In this document: piece after piece, positions 1 through 13,373 of the stretch | Numbering within the stretch: position 1 is the first letter of the stretch | Layout of the letters: each line of letters starts with the position of its first letter | Source: Piromyces finnis finn | Lineage: Eukaryota > Fungi > Neocallimastigomycota | DNA length: 22,444 nucleotides | Assembly: GCA_002104945.1 (NCBI GenBank) | Contig: MCFH01000162.1 | Location: forward strand, 1 to 22,444 | Reading direction: 5' to 3' | Position numbers and translations under genes: made by a program | The notes under the pieces: generated by a model | Databases searched by the model: none | What the model saw: only the letters and a program-made list of their open reading frames with translations | What the model was told of the DNA's origin: nothing

Positions 1-937
1 GAATGATTTTAATAAAGGAATATCGACACAAATAAAGTTTAATTTTTAAAAATTCGTTTTGATCCTTCATATTATCAATTATGAGATGATAATTTGATTT
101 CATGTTTCTAGAATCTCGATTAGATTTTGTATTTTTGAATGAGGGAATACTAGAAAGAGAACAAGTATCTTCACATGATAGATAGTATAGAGTTATATCT
201 CTTGTCTTTATTTTTTTAATAGGACAGGAATCAAAGTATTCCATTGAAATAGATGAACGAGTAGTAGTTGCAGTTGAAGTACTTGCTTCAAAGAGCTCAT
301 CATTTATTTCTTGATCATATGAAAGGAATGAGTCCCATTTTTTAATTGTTTTATTTTCTATTAAAATATACAATAATTTATATTGATATAAATCTATAAA
401 ATTTAAAACTTTATTTTTTTTAAAAAAAAAAAATAAATCTTACCATGATAATTTTCAAATTCATTATATAGGTATTGATTTGGTTTAATAATATCATAAA
501 ATAGTATTTTAATATTCTAATGACTTCTATTTCAATGGTGAGCTTAATAATATTAATATCATAATTGTTGTTTCCTTTTGTAATATTTTTCAAATATTTT
601 TCATTCTTTCTATTCTCATCATAAGTAAAAATTACAAAAATAAAAATTTTAAAAAAAAAATATTATTAATATAAAAGTATAAAATAATATATAATAATAT
701 AAATAATAAAAAAATATTACCGATATTATTTTTTAAATAATGTTTTAATTCACCAGAAACTTTTAAATACTTTTTCCTTTTTATAAGACTGAAAACTCTT
801 TTGTACATATTATTTTGATTTAAAATAAAAATGTGATGTTCAATACATTTAATAAAATCATTTCTGTAACAAAATTTCAATAAAGTTTCGTATGCAATGG
901 CATCCGATAATTTTTTTGTTGCTGTCATTATATCCAT
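1..937 (-). pseudogene. Mirror copy of the unidentified 3-exon gene (exons 937..721, 609..444, 357..<1); frameshifted in exon 2 and truncated by the window edge
   Basis: It has the same exon 1 and splice sites as the + copy. Exon 2 is 166 nt instead of 168 nt (single-base losses near 500 and 595). This could be a real degenerate copy or consensus error/artefact. Confidence 0.4.
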
Positions 938-3194
938 GTTAATGTTAATCTAAAAGAATATAAATCAATATTAATATAACCCCATAATAATTAAAGTATT
1001 CATAATAAAAGACATATGTATATATACATATATATTTATATACTTTTTTATGATATTTTTTTCATGGAATGCTTTAATTGCCAATAAATTAACATGTTTT
1101 TTTTTAAACAATGTATTAGTCTAAATATTTATATAAATCCATTAAACTAGAGTTAGAAAAAAATATTATATATATATATTAATATTATATTATTATATTA
1201 CAATTTTTTTATTATACTTTTCAAAGAATAAACTTCTATGAAATCAAAAGATTTAAAATTTTTTTCTTCTTTATATGGTAGAGATATATTGAGAATACTA
1301 GTTGATTCAATAATATCTTTAATAGTTTTGAATTTTTATTTTATTTTTAATTATTTGTAAAATATAAATGTAAAAATATATATAGTATATGGTATATTAT
1401 TACTTACCTATGATACTTGATATAGTATTGTTTTAGAAATTAATATATTTTCAATAAACCAGACATTTCATTATTTTGCTTTATTATTTTATTTTTATTA
1501 GACTTATTATTTTAATTGATTTGATGAAAATAAAAAAGATTATATATTATAATTATATTTAATCATAGGATAAATATGATCCTATTATTTATTCTAAAAA
1601 TAAAAATGATCAAAAAAAGATTACACTTGATAAATATATAATCTTTTTTATTTTCATCAAATCAATTAAATAATAAGTCTAATAAAAATAAAATAATAAG
1701 CAAAATAATGAAATGTCTGGTTATTGAAAAATATATTAATTTCTAAAACTAATTACTATATCAAGTATCATAGGTATAGTAATAATATACCATATACTAT
1801 ATATATTTTTACATTTATATTTTACAATATAATTAAAAATAAAATAAAAATTCAAAACTATTAAAGATATTATTGAATCAACTAGTATTCTCAATATATC
1901 TCTACCATATAAAGAAGAAAAAAAATTTAAATCTTTTGATTTCATAGAAGTTTATTCTTTGAAAAGTATAATAAAAAAATTGTAATATAAATAAATATAA
2001 TATTAATATATATATATATATATTTTTTTCTAACTCTAGTTTAATGGATTTATATAAATATTTTAGACTAATACATTGTTTTAAAAAAAAACATGTTAAT
2101 TTATTGGCAATTAAAGCATTCCATGAAAAAATATATCATAAAAAAGTATATAAATATATATGTATATATACATATGTCTTTTATTATGAATACTTTAATT
2201 ATTATGGGTTATATTAATATTGATTTATATTCTTTTTAGATTAACATTAACATGGATATAATGACAGCAACAAAAAAATTATCGGATGCCATTGCATACG
2301 AAACTTTATTGAAATTTTGTTACAGAAATGATTTTATTAAATGTATTGAACATCACATTTTTATTTTAAATCAAAATAATATGTACAAAAGAGTTTTCAG
2401 TCTTATAAAAAGGAAAAAGTATTTAAAAGTTTCTGGTGAATTAAAACATTATTTAAAAAATAATATCGGTAATATTTTTTTTTATTATTATATATTATTA
2501 TATATTATTTTATACTTTTATATTAATAATATTTTTTTTTTTAAAATTTTTATTTTTGTAATTTTTACTTATGATGAGAATAGAAAGAATGAAAAATAAT
2601 TTGAAAAATATTACAAAAGGAAACAACAATTATGATATTAATATTATTAAGCTCACCATTGAAATAGAAGTCATTAGAATATTAAAATACTATTTTTATG
2701 ATATTATTAAACCAAATCAATACCTATATAATGAATTTGAAAATTATCATGGTAAGATTTATTTTTTTTTTTTAAAAAAAATAAAGTTTTAAATTTTATA
2801 GATTTATATCAATATAAATTATTGTATATTTTAATAGAAAATAAAACAATTAAAAAATGGGACTCATTCCTTTCATATGATCAAGAAATAAATGATGAGC
2901 TCTTTGAAGCAAGTACTTCAACTGCAACTACTACTCGTTCATCTATTTCAATGGAATACTTTGATTCCTGTCCTATTAAAAAAATAAAGACAAGAGATAT
3001 AACTCTATACTATCTATCATGTGAAGATACTTGTTCTCTTTCTAGTATTCCCTCATTCAAAAATACAAAATCTAATCGAGATTCTAGAAACATGAAATCA
3101 AATTATCATCTCATAATTGATAATATGAAGGATCAAAACGAATTTTTAAAAATTAAACTTTATTTGTGTCGATATTCCTTTATTAAAATCATTC
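1..3194. repeat. Large inverted repeat (palindrome): left arm 1..~1550, ~80 nt non-symmetric spacer, right arm ~1630..3194; the left arm may continue beyond the window start
   Basis: The reverse complement of 1..120 (GAATGATTTTAATAAAGG...) matches 3075..3194. Mirrored anchors: 357/2838, 444/2751, 609/2584, 721/2468, 937/2252, ~1548/1633. ORFs 632..937(-) and 2252..2599(+) share the same N-terminal ~75 aa. The differences I found are almost all 1-2 nt indels. Confidence 0.97.
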
Positions 3195-3232
3195 GTTTAT
3201 TCAAATATTTTGAAAAATATCTTAAACTCTGA
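2252..3232 (+). CDS. Hypothetical ~259 aa protein, 3 exons (2252..2468, 2584..2751, 2838..3232); no recognised family
   Basis: Three ORF-track segments in different frames join in phase through canonical introns GTAATA(2469)..TAG(2583) and GTAAGA(2752)..TAG(2837). The joined length is 780 nt, or 260 codons ending in TGA. It has an S/T-rich segment (STSTATTTRSSIS). Confidence 0.62.
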
Positions 3233-3527
3233 AAAAAAAAAAAAAAGAAAAATAGGTTTATATTTTTTAATTAGGTTTAATTATTGTATATATATGATTT
3301 TTATTAATTTAAAAAATTGTTTAAAATTTAATAAAATATAAGATAAAAATAAACAACTATACTATTTTTTTTTAAAATAATAAAATTGAAAATTGTTCAT
3401 ATTTGCCTATATTAGAATATCTAAAATCTATTTTTTTTTTTTTTTTAGTATTTAAAAACACTTTTTTTTTTTTTAAAAAAAAAAAAATCTAACTATTTTA
3501 ACAAATTATAAATTATATTTTAATAAT

Positions 3528-4657
3528 CTATATTCTTTCGGCTATGACATACCAATTGTCTCTGTCATAACCTGTTTCAACTACCTTTCCTATTTTAATT
3601 TGATCTACTAAATCATCAAGTTCTCCTTTCTTAAATAAATGATAATATCTATATTTTTTAATCAGCAGTCAATAAAGTATAATTTATATTAGATACATTT
3701 AATATTTTAATATTTATAAAATATATAATTTTTTTTTATATAATATTTACCTTTCATATTTTACAAGATGTTCAGATTTTTCGGATTCAGTATAATCTTT
3801 TTTATTTAAACTTTTTTTATTTAAATATTTCTTTTTTGGAATATGCCATGGAATTAAAACGTCTTGTTCATCGTATTTTTTCTGAAAAACAATTAAAATA
3901 TTTATATTAATTAAAATATAATTTTTGTATTACAAGTATTATAATACAAATACTTACTCTATCTTGTTCAAATGCCCAAACGAAAATTAATACTTTACAG
4001 CCTTTCTTTAATACTCTTAATATTTCCTAAAAGTAAATAAAATAATAATAATAATAATTTTGTTAAAATATATATATTATACTATATATTAATAATGATA
4101 ATATCCTTTTTTTTTTAATCATATATAATTACTTCGATGGCTTCGCGTCTTCTTTCTGGAGTAGTAAAATGATGAATTACAGCAATTGAAATTGCAAAAT
4201 CCTATTATTGGATATATTTTTTTTAAAGTTAAGAGATGACAATTTTCATATTCAATTAAAAAAAAAAAAAAAAAAAAAAAGAAATGAAATGAAATTAAAC
4301 TAAATTGCTTTAAAAAGGATACAAATGAATCTGAACGATATGGTAAAGATAAATTATCAGCAACTAAACTTTCATAACCTCTTTCTTTACAAATTTTAAT
4401 TAAATTTGAACATCTTTGTTAAAAATTTAGCAATACATAAATGAGAATCAAAACAATATATTAAACCATCATTTTATAATTTTTTTTTCAATAGCATTTT
4501 GATTTATTTGCAATTTGAATTTTATATAATTTAATCCAATTATTATCATTCATTGATAATAATTATTAATTATTAAAATAAAATAATAAAAGTTAATTTT
4601 TAATTTTACTTTATTTTTATTTTAAATATGTATTTAATTTATATTTTTTATTTTAAA

Positions 4658-4689
<32 letters not shown>

Positions 4690-5232
4690 ACCTATCTGAA
4701 CCAATGATATAAACTTTTTATTAATTCCTAAATATTTTCCATTACCACATCCAACATCAATACGATTAAACCTGGTTGAAGGTCATTTAAAATTTATCGA
4801 CAACTGCCATGGCTTATTATATACATTTTTTTTTTAAAAAAAAAAAAAGATGATTATTATTATTGTTATTATTTTTAATAAAATTATTTTTTAAATAAAA
4901 TGGAATTTGTATCATAATTGATTTTACATATTGAAATTATATTTTAATAATTTCTTTTTATATGCTTATATTTATTAATCAATAAATATTTGATGTAATC
5001 ATATATATTTTTACTTTATATCTAGTATCACTAAAATGTGGAGCAATTGCTTCATATACATCATGAACAAAATGTTCTTCTTTCTTTTCTTCTTCTGAAA
5101 TTTCCTGACTTTTTCCAATTTTGTTTTCATCATTAATTTTTTCTTTTCAGTAGTATCTATTTTTTTGTTAACATTTTCCTGATTTCTTCTTCCTTATTTC
5201 TGATGATTTTCTTTTAATATTTGCTTTTCCAT
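3528..5232 (-). CDS. TRM9: tRNA wobble-uridine (mcm5U34) carboxyl methyltransferase Trm9, stand-alone fungal type; 7 exons (5232..5015, 4812..4692, 4413..4323, 4201..4133, 4026..3958, 3881..3751, 3648..3528). Not in the ORF track.
   Basis: Manual translation gives VHDVYEAIAPHFSDTRYK|PW, SAM motif DVGCGNGKY, ADNLSLPYRSDSF|DFAISIAVIHHFTTPERRREAIE|EILRVLKKGCKVLIFVWAFEQ, EQDVLIPW and RYYHLFKKGEL...GYDRDNW, all hallmark Trm9/ALKBH8-MTase motifs. Exons 1-2 need several single-base corrections. Confidence 0.95.
4258..4280. repeat. A23 homopolymer inside TRM9 intron 3
   Basis: Seen directly in the sequence. Confidence 0.9.
4665..4689. repeat. T25 homopolymer next to the donor of TRM9 intron 2
   Basis: Seen directly in the sequence. 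Confidence 0.9.
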
Positions 5233-8200
5233 TTTGTCAAAATTTTCTTTCTTTTTTTTTTTTTAATATAATATAAAATTAACCTTTTAAATTTACTTCT
5301 AAAATAAAAAATCAAATACATTATAAAATAATGTACATTGATGTATTTATTATTTGTAACTATTAACTATTAATTTAACAATTAATACTAATACTAGCAT
5401 AAATGAATTACTAGTTATATAAGATAGTAAAATATTCTTAATAATTGATTATTTTTTTTTGTCTCTTAATTATTAGTTAATCAGAATTTTAATGAATATA
5501 ATAAATTCACATTTAAATATAGTATAATAGTTAGTTTATAATAATATTAATAATAATAATTGATTTTATAACTAATATTTAATTATAAATAAAATGCTAA
5601 AAAATAAATATAATTTTTAATGTATATTATAATGATATTTATATTTAAAACAGATTTCTCTAAACGTTTAATAGTATATTACAATAAGTAATATAGCCAT
5701 ACTATACACTCGTTATAATTAAAATTGAACATTAATTTAATATGATATATATTTAGTTTCTCTCAAGCATTATTTTAAAAATTTCAATCCATATTTTTAA
5801 TGAAATTAGCTATAAAATATGATTTTTTGTTAATTTGATTTCAAAAAAACCTTTATGAGTTTTTCATTATAGTTTTTAAAATTTTTGTGATAGAAAAATA
5901 AGGATACATATTATTTAAATAATATTCATTATTTTTATGATAATGTAAAAAACTAATTATGAAAGTAATAATATAATTATATTTTTTAAAAATTATATAT
6001 ATATTATTATTTTTGAATTTGTTTATTTTTAATAAGAACGCAATAAATATAGAAAATATATATATATGATTTATTTTTAAAGTTTTTTCTTTTTTTAAAA
6101 AAAAAAACTTATATTTTAAAAACATTTATAATAACAATTATTATTATTAGTAATTTAAATAACTATCCAATGTTTTTTTTTTTATTTATTATTATTTACT
6201 ATTGAAATTTACTGTATATTGTTATATTGTAAAATATTTAACCTTTATATTAATAAATAAAAAAATATGTATTAAAGAATTTTAAAATGCTTTAATTTTG
6301 GTAACAAGTTATTTAACTCTTAATTCATATTTGGTTTTAAAGCTCTATGTATTAATACCTTGATATTTATTTATTTTTATTAATAATAAAACTATATAAA
6401 ATATAAATAATAAAACTTTCATTTTTATTTTATAAATTTTCAAAATTTAAAAAACTGGTATATCATTTTATTGGAGGATTTGATTTTTTTCAATTTCTCC
6501 AAAATTACTATTTTGGAAACATTTATATTAAATTATTGGACATTTATTTCAAAAAAAATATGTAACATTACAAATAAAAATAATCATATGTTTTAAAATA
6601 TAAAATAAAATATAAATAGAATGGTTTTGTTGAAAAGTTTAAGTATTTCAAAACGATTTAAAGTATTTATAATCTTTTTTAAGCTATAATAAAGAAAATA
6701 CATAAATATTCATTATTATAAGATCAATACTAAAATGAAAAAAACAATCTTCACTAAATATTTAATTATTATGATTGACTACATAGTTTAAATCAAAAAT
6801 TCTTATTTGAAATAAATATAAATTTTATACATGAAATATTATTAGTAAATATAAAATTAAATATATATATAATAAGAAATTATATGAAAAAAGTAAAGTT
6901 TTACTATTTTCCATTTTTAAAAAAGGTTCATTTAAAATTGGTTTTTCAGAAGTTTACTTAAGCATGTTTGTTATAATTAATTTAAGCCACATTTCATTGT
7001 TTTAATTGAAAATATAAAGTTTTTTAAATTAATTAATATAGTTTAAATAATTTCCATTTTTGTATTGGTTCACAAAACAAAACTTATAAAATTTTTAAAA
7101 GACTTTTTCAATTAGAATTTTCAAGAAAAGTTTTAGTAATCTTTTGTATAGAAAATTTCTATTTTTTTTATTACTTGATAGTTAGACAAAAACAAAATAG
7201 AGATATATAGAATAATTCAATAGATGAAAAAATAATTATAATTAAAAGAAAAAAAAATAATATAAGAATAAGCCAATATTATTATAAATATTAATATATT
7301 TGATTAATTAGATTGAATATATATTAATCAATCTATTTAATTTAATAAAATTTATTTCAAATATTTATATAAATCATATATTTAATATATTAATAATAAT
7401 ATTTAAAATTTTAATATTAATTTATTTTAAACATTTTTAGGTTCATAACTAAGTTGGATAAATAATAGTATTTTTTATTTATATATGAATATGGAAATTA
7501 TTCTATTGATAATTATATCAATTTGATATTACACAATACATTTAATATATTATATGTTTTGAAATAAATTATTTGTAATATATTATTTTTTTGAATTAAT
7601 TATCTTTTCAAATTTTATTATTATTTAAATGTGAAAAATTATAAACAATATTAATAATAAAGAAAGATGAATAATATAAAATAGAAAGATTTTGATATAC
7701 TAAAGAAAATTACTCATAAAAAAAAAAAAATTATTGAATTTTCCCCTTAAAAGTTGAAAAAAAAATTTTTTTTTGTTACTTTTAAATTTTTGAATTTTAT
7801 TGAAATTTCATTATTTAATTTCTCATAAAGAATTTATTATAAAAGAAAATAAATTCCTTATATTATTATTATGAATAATAATAAATATAAAAGTAAATAG
7901 AATTTTAGACATTTAAATATTTGTTTATTTTAAAATTTAACAATTTAATAATAAAAAAATTAAAAGATTTAAAATCAAATTTTAAATCTTTTAATTTTTT
8001 TATTCTTTTCTTTTTTTTTTTGTACCATATCCTTAAAATTATTTATTCCTATTTATTCATTGGAATTATAACAAATAACAACAGTCAATTCAATAAAATT
8101 ATTATAACAAGGATAAATATATTTGAATTATTTTTATTCAATTTAAAGATAAAAATAAATATAAAAAATTTTCAAAATTTAGAATAAAGAAAAGAATAAA

Positions 8201-8727
8201 ATTGAATACATACGATTTATAAACATTAAAAAGTAATTTTAAAAAAAATCTTGGTAATATAAAAATATTTAAATTGCGGGATTCATATACAAAAAGTAAA
8301 TAAAATTACAGATTAAAAGCATTTTATAATATAAATAAGTTATTTATATTTTGTTTTAATATAATAAAATAAACCAATTCAAGTAAACGAAGAACAAGGG
8401 ATTGCCAAATATAAATAGAAATAAAAAGAGAATAAAACAATTGAAAAGAAAATTAAAGTGAATTACCCCATTTTTTTTATTTATTTAATAAGAAATTAAA
8501 ATTATTACAAATCAGTATTTAATTATTTGAAATTGTAAAATAAATAATTTATATACATTATACTAATATTAAAGGTAATAAATTGTTTATTATATATATA
8601 TTATTCAAATATTTAAATATAGTAATACTTATTAATTTGTTAATTATAATTTAATTATAAATATATTTTTACATTTATAATAAAAATAAATATCTATTTA
8701 TTTCAAAGTATACAAACAAATTAAATT

Positions 8728-10264
8728 ATGGATAATTTAAAAATTGTTGGTTTTTTATGGTGTATTAATAACTATTCAAAACTACCAGATACTGAAATTT
8801 TTAGTCAATGTTTTTGGAGTAGTGGTCAAAGCTGGAGATTAAGTATCTATCCAAAGGGTATAAAAGATAAAAGTGATGATTATCTTTCTGTATTTTTAGA
8901 GGCAGTTCCATCAACTAATTTTAAAGAAACGACATGGAAAACAGACACATTTTCAGCTACTTTCTTTTTAAGAACAGAACCAGACGCTCCAGTTGATATA
9001 GTTAGACGTGCTAGTAAATCAGCACAAGAATTTACATCAAGTAATCCATCATGGGTTTTTTACGTTTTTGTGAACTGGAAAGACTTTATTCTTTAATGAA
9101 AAATGATCAATTAGTAGTGGGTATAACAATTCGTTCAATTCCTTCAAATAATAATTTATCTATACCAAAGGAAATATCTAATTCAAATCAAAGATATAAT
9201 TATTCAATCGTGGAAATTTAAATAACAGTAATTCCATTGAAAAATTTGTAAATCTTCGTCATTCATCATCATCAGTTTCTCTTTCTAATGATACATCTTC
9301 TAACAACAATATAAATTACCCTCAAGTAAAAGCAAAAACAAACGGTGAAATAGAATATCTTTGTAGTCCACCATCTTCTCCACTTTATCAAGCAAACCAA
9401 AATTCGTTAATAATTCCCTTTTTGATGCTAATCCAATGGTAATATTAAAAAAATATATTTTTTTATCCGTCATAAACAATATTCTAATTATTAATATTAA
9501 TTTTAAATAGAATAAATATCGTCCATCAACTATTGAATTACCTCCAGCTTACGAAAATGAGGTATATTTAATCCAAATAGAAAATGAAGTAAAATTATTT
9601 TGTCCTCATCTTGACCGTATGTTCCGCGTTGTTAAAGAATTTGAATCTGAATTTAACAATGATAAAACTGCTGACGTCCAATTAATTATTGAAGGAAATG
9701 TATTTATGCACATAAAATTATATTAAGTGCTAGAAGTAACTATTTTAAAGCAATGTTTGATTCAGGAATGTGTGAATCAGGTAAAATTTTTATATTTGAA
9801 ATTTTAATATTAAAAAAAAAAAAAATATATATATATATTAATATATATATTATGCTTTTAATTATCAATATAGAATCTTCAAAAATAACAATTACAGATT
9901 TTAAATATTCAACAATTGAATCATTAATAAAGTTTTTATATTCAGTAAAAACCGAGATTAACGATGATCTTAATGATCTTATTGATTTATATCGTGCTGC
10001 TGATAAATATCAATTAGAATCATTAATGAATTATATTCATCAATCTATTTGCTCTAGAATAACTTGTCAAAATGCATGCTCAGTATTAAGTGAAATTTAT
10101 TGTTTCCCTCGTCTTGAAAGTCATGTTTAGAATTCATTGCTCAACACTTGAGTACTATCTATTCAACACCAGATTTTCGTAACTTACTTTCTGGTGGATA
10201 TGAAGAATCATTAACAACCCTTTTTGGAATGTTAGCCATAGGACCAAACTTTAATAATTCATGA
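8728..10264 (+). CDS. MATH-BTB/POZ (SPOP/BPM-like) Cullin-3 substrate adaptor; exons 8728..9438, 9511..9780, 9874..10264
   Basis: The MATH domain shows FLWCINNYSKL, WRLSIYPKG, YLSVFLEA and (after a 1-nt correction near 9053) SWGFLRFCELERL. The BTB domain shows TADVQLIIEGNVF(Y)AHKIILSARSNYFKAMF, FKYSTIESLIKFLY and LYRAADKYQLESL, followed by a BACK-like helical tail. Introns 9439..9510 and 9781..9873 are GT-AG. There are several 1-nt frameshifts. Confidence 0.9.
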
Positions 10265-11149
10265 AAAATTAATATAGTAAATAATTTCCATCGAAATAAT
10301 ATAAATATTATTTCTTCGACTTAATAGCCTATTTATTTTACTATAATTTAATCATTATCAAAACACATCGCATAAATAGTTAGCTATAAATTGTAAATTT
10401 CAAAATTTTGTTATATAAAATAAATAAAAATAAAATATTAAAAAATAATTGTGGCTTTATTATTATTAATGTAATACAAATATTTAAATACTTGTATTAT
10501 AGATTATAGATTATAAAATTTTCTATATACATAAAACAAATCAATGGCAAAAGATACAAATTATATTTAATTAAATAATAGAAAAAGAATAATAGTAAAA
10601 ATATATTTTTACTATTTTATATAATATTATTGATGATTAATATTTATTTTTTTCTAAAATCTTATAATATTACATAGTATAATTTTTTATTTTTAATTTT
10701 TATACCAAAAAAAATTTAATTTTTTTGAAAAAAGATGAAAAATTAAAATATTTCTTTTCGATATTATTGATTATTAACCAATCATATTTAAAGATTGAAA
10801 GTTTTAAAAATATGAAAATAATAGTTTTTAAAATTCAAAATTGCGATTAATAAAAAAAAAAAAATTACTGTTTTTTTTTTAAAAAAAAAAGTAAATATTA
10901 AAATTAATGTAAAATAAATATAATTACTATATATTTTAAATAAAAACCAAGGAGTACATTATTATTATTATATTTAATAATAAAAGCAAATTTCTTTTTA
11001 ATAATAAATTAATATACATAAATATTAGAGAATGATATATTAATCTTTAAAATATTTTTTTATAAATAATAATAATTTATTTTATCATAATATTTATTAT
11101 AAATGATTTCAATGAACAAAAAAAAAAACAATAAAAATGATAATAAAGA

Positions 11150-12826
<1,677 letters not shown>

Positions 12827-13373
12827 AGTAAAAAATATATATTTTACTAAAACAAACAAACAAACATTAAATATATATAGACATTTTAAATTGAAGAGAA
12901 AATCTATTAAATTTTTTAAATTAGGTTTATTTATTTTTTAAAATAATAGAATACTTGATATTTACATTTTCTTTATTAAATTATATCCATATATATTAAG
13001 TAGATTTATTTATTTAGAATTAGATGTTAATTATTAAATAATTAAATAATTAATTTCTAATAAATTATATATTAATAAAAGAATATAAATATAAAATGAA
13101 TATTTTTATATTAGTAACATTATAAGTAATATAATTTTATTAATTTGTGTTTTTATTTTTATTTTTATTTTTTTTGTTTTTAATATTTATTATCAAAAAT
13201 GTTGGTTTTATTAAATGCTATATATCAAAATTTATTGAAAGAAAAAAATAAAAAAAAAAAAAATCTAAAAGTAAAATATAAATTTCAAAACTAATTTAAA
13301 AAAATTAATATAAAGAAAAATAGTTTTTATATTGTTTTATAAATGTAAACTAAACAAAAATTTATGTATTGCA

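Noticed and set aside
1238-1945. ORF 1736..1945(-) (MKSKDLNFFSS...) and its broken mirror starting at 1238(+)
   Set aside because: It is a short I/F/Y/N-rich ORF typical of AT-rich noncoding DNA, with no motif and no convincing splice partners.
6320-6364. Minus-strand peptide IKVLIHRALKP, loosely like the 'I..L..RA' motif downstream of Penelope-type reverse transcriptases
   Set aside because: It is about 10 residues bounded by stops, with no RT or GIY-YIG motifs nearby, so it cannot be told apart from chance.
5853-8187. ORFs 5853..6125(-) and 7921..8187(+)
   Set aside because: They are composed almost wholly of AT-only codons (F, L, I, K, N, Y), the second has a non-ATG start, and neither has a recognisable domain.
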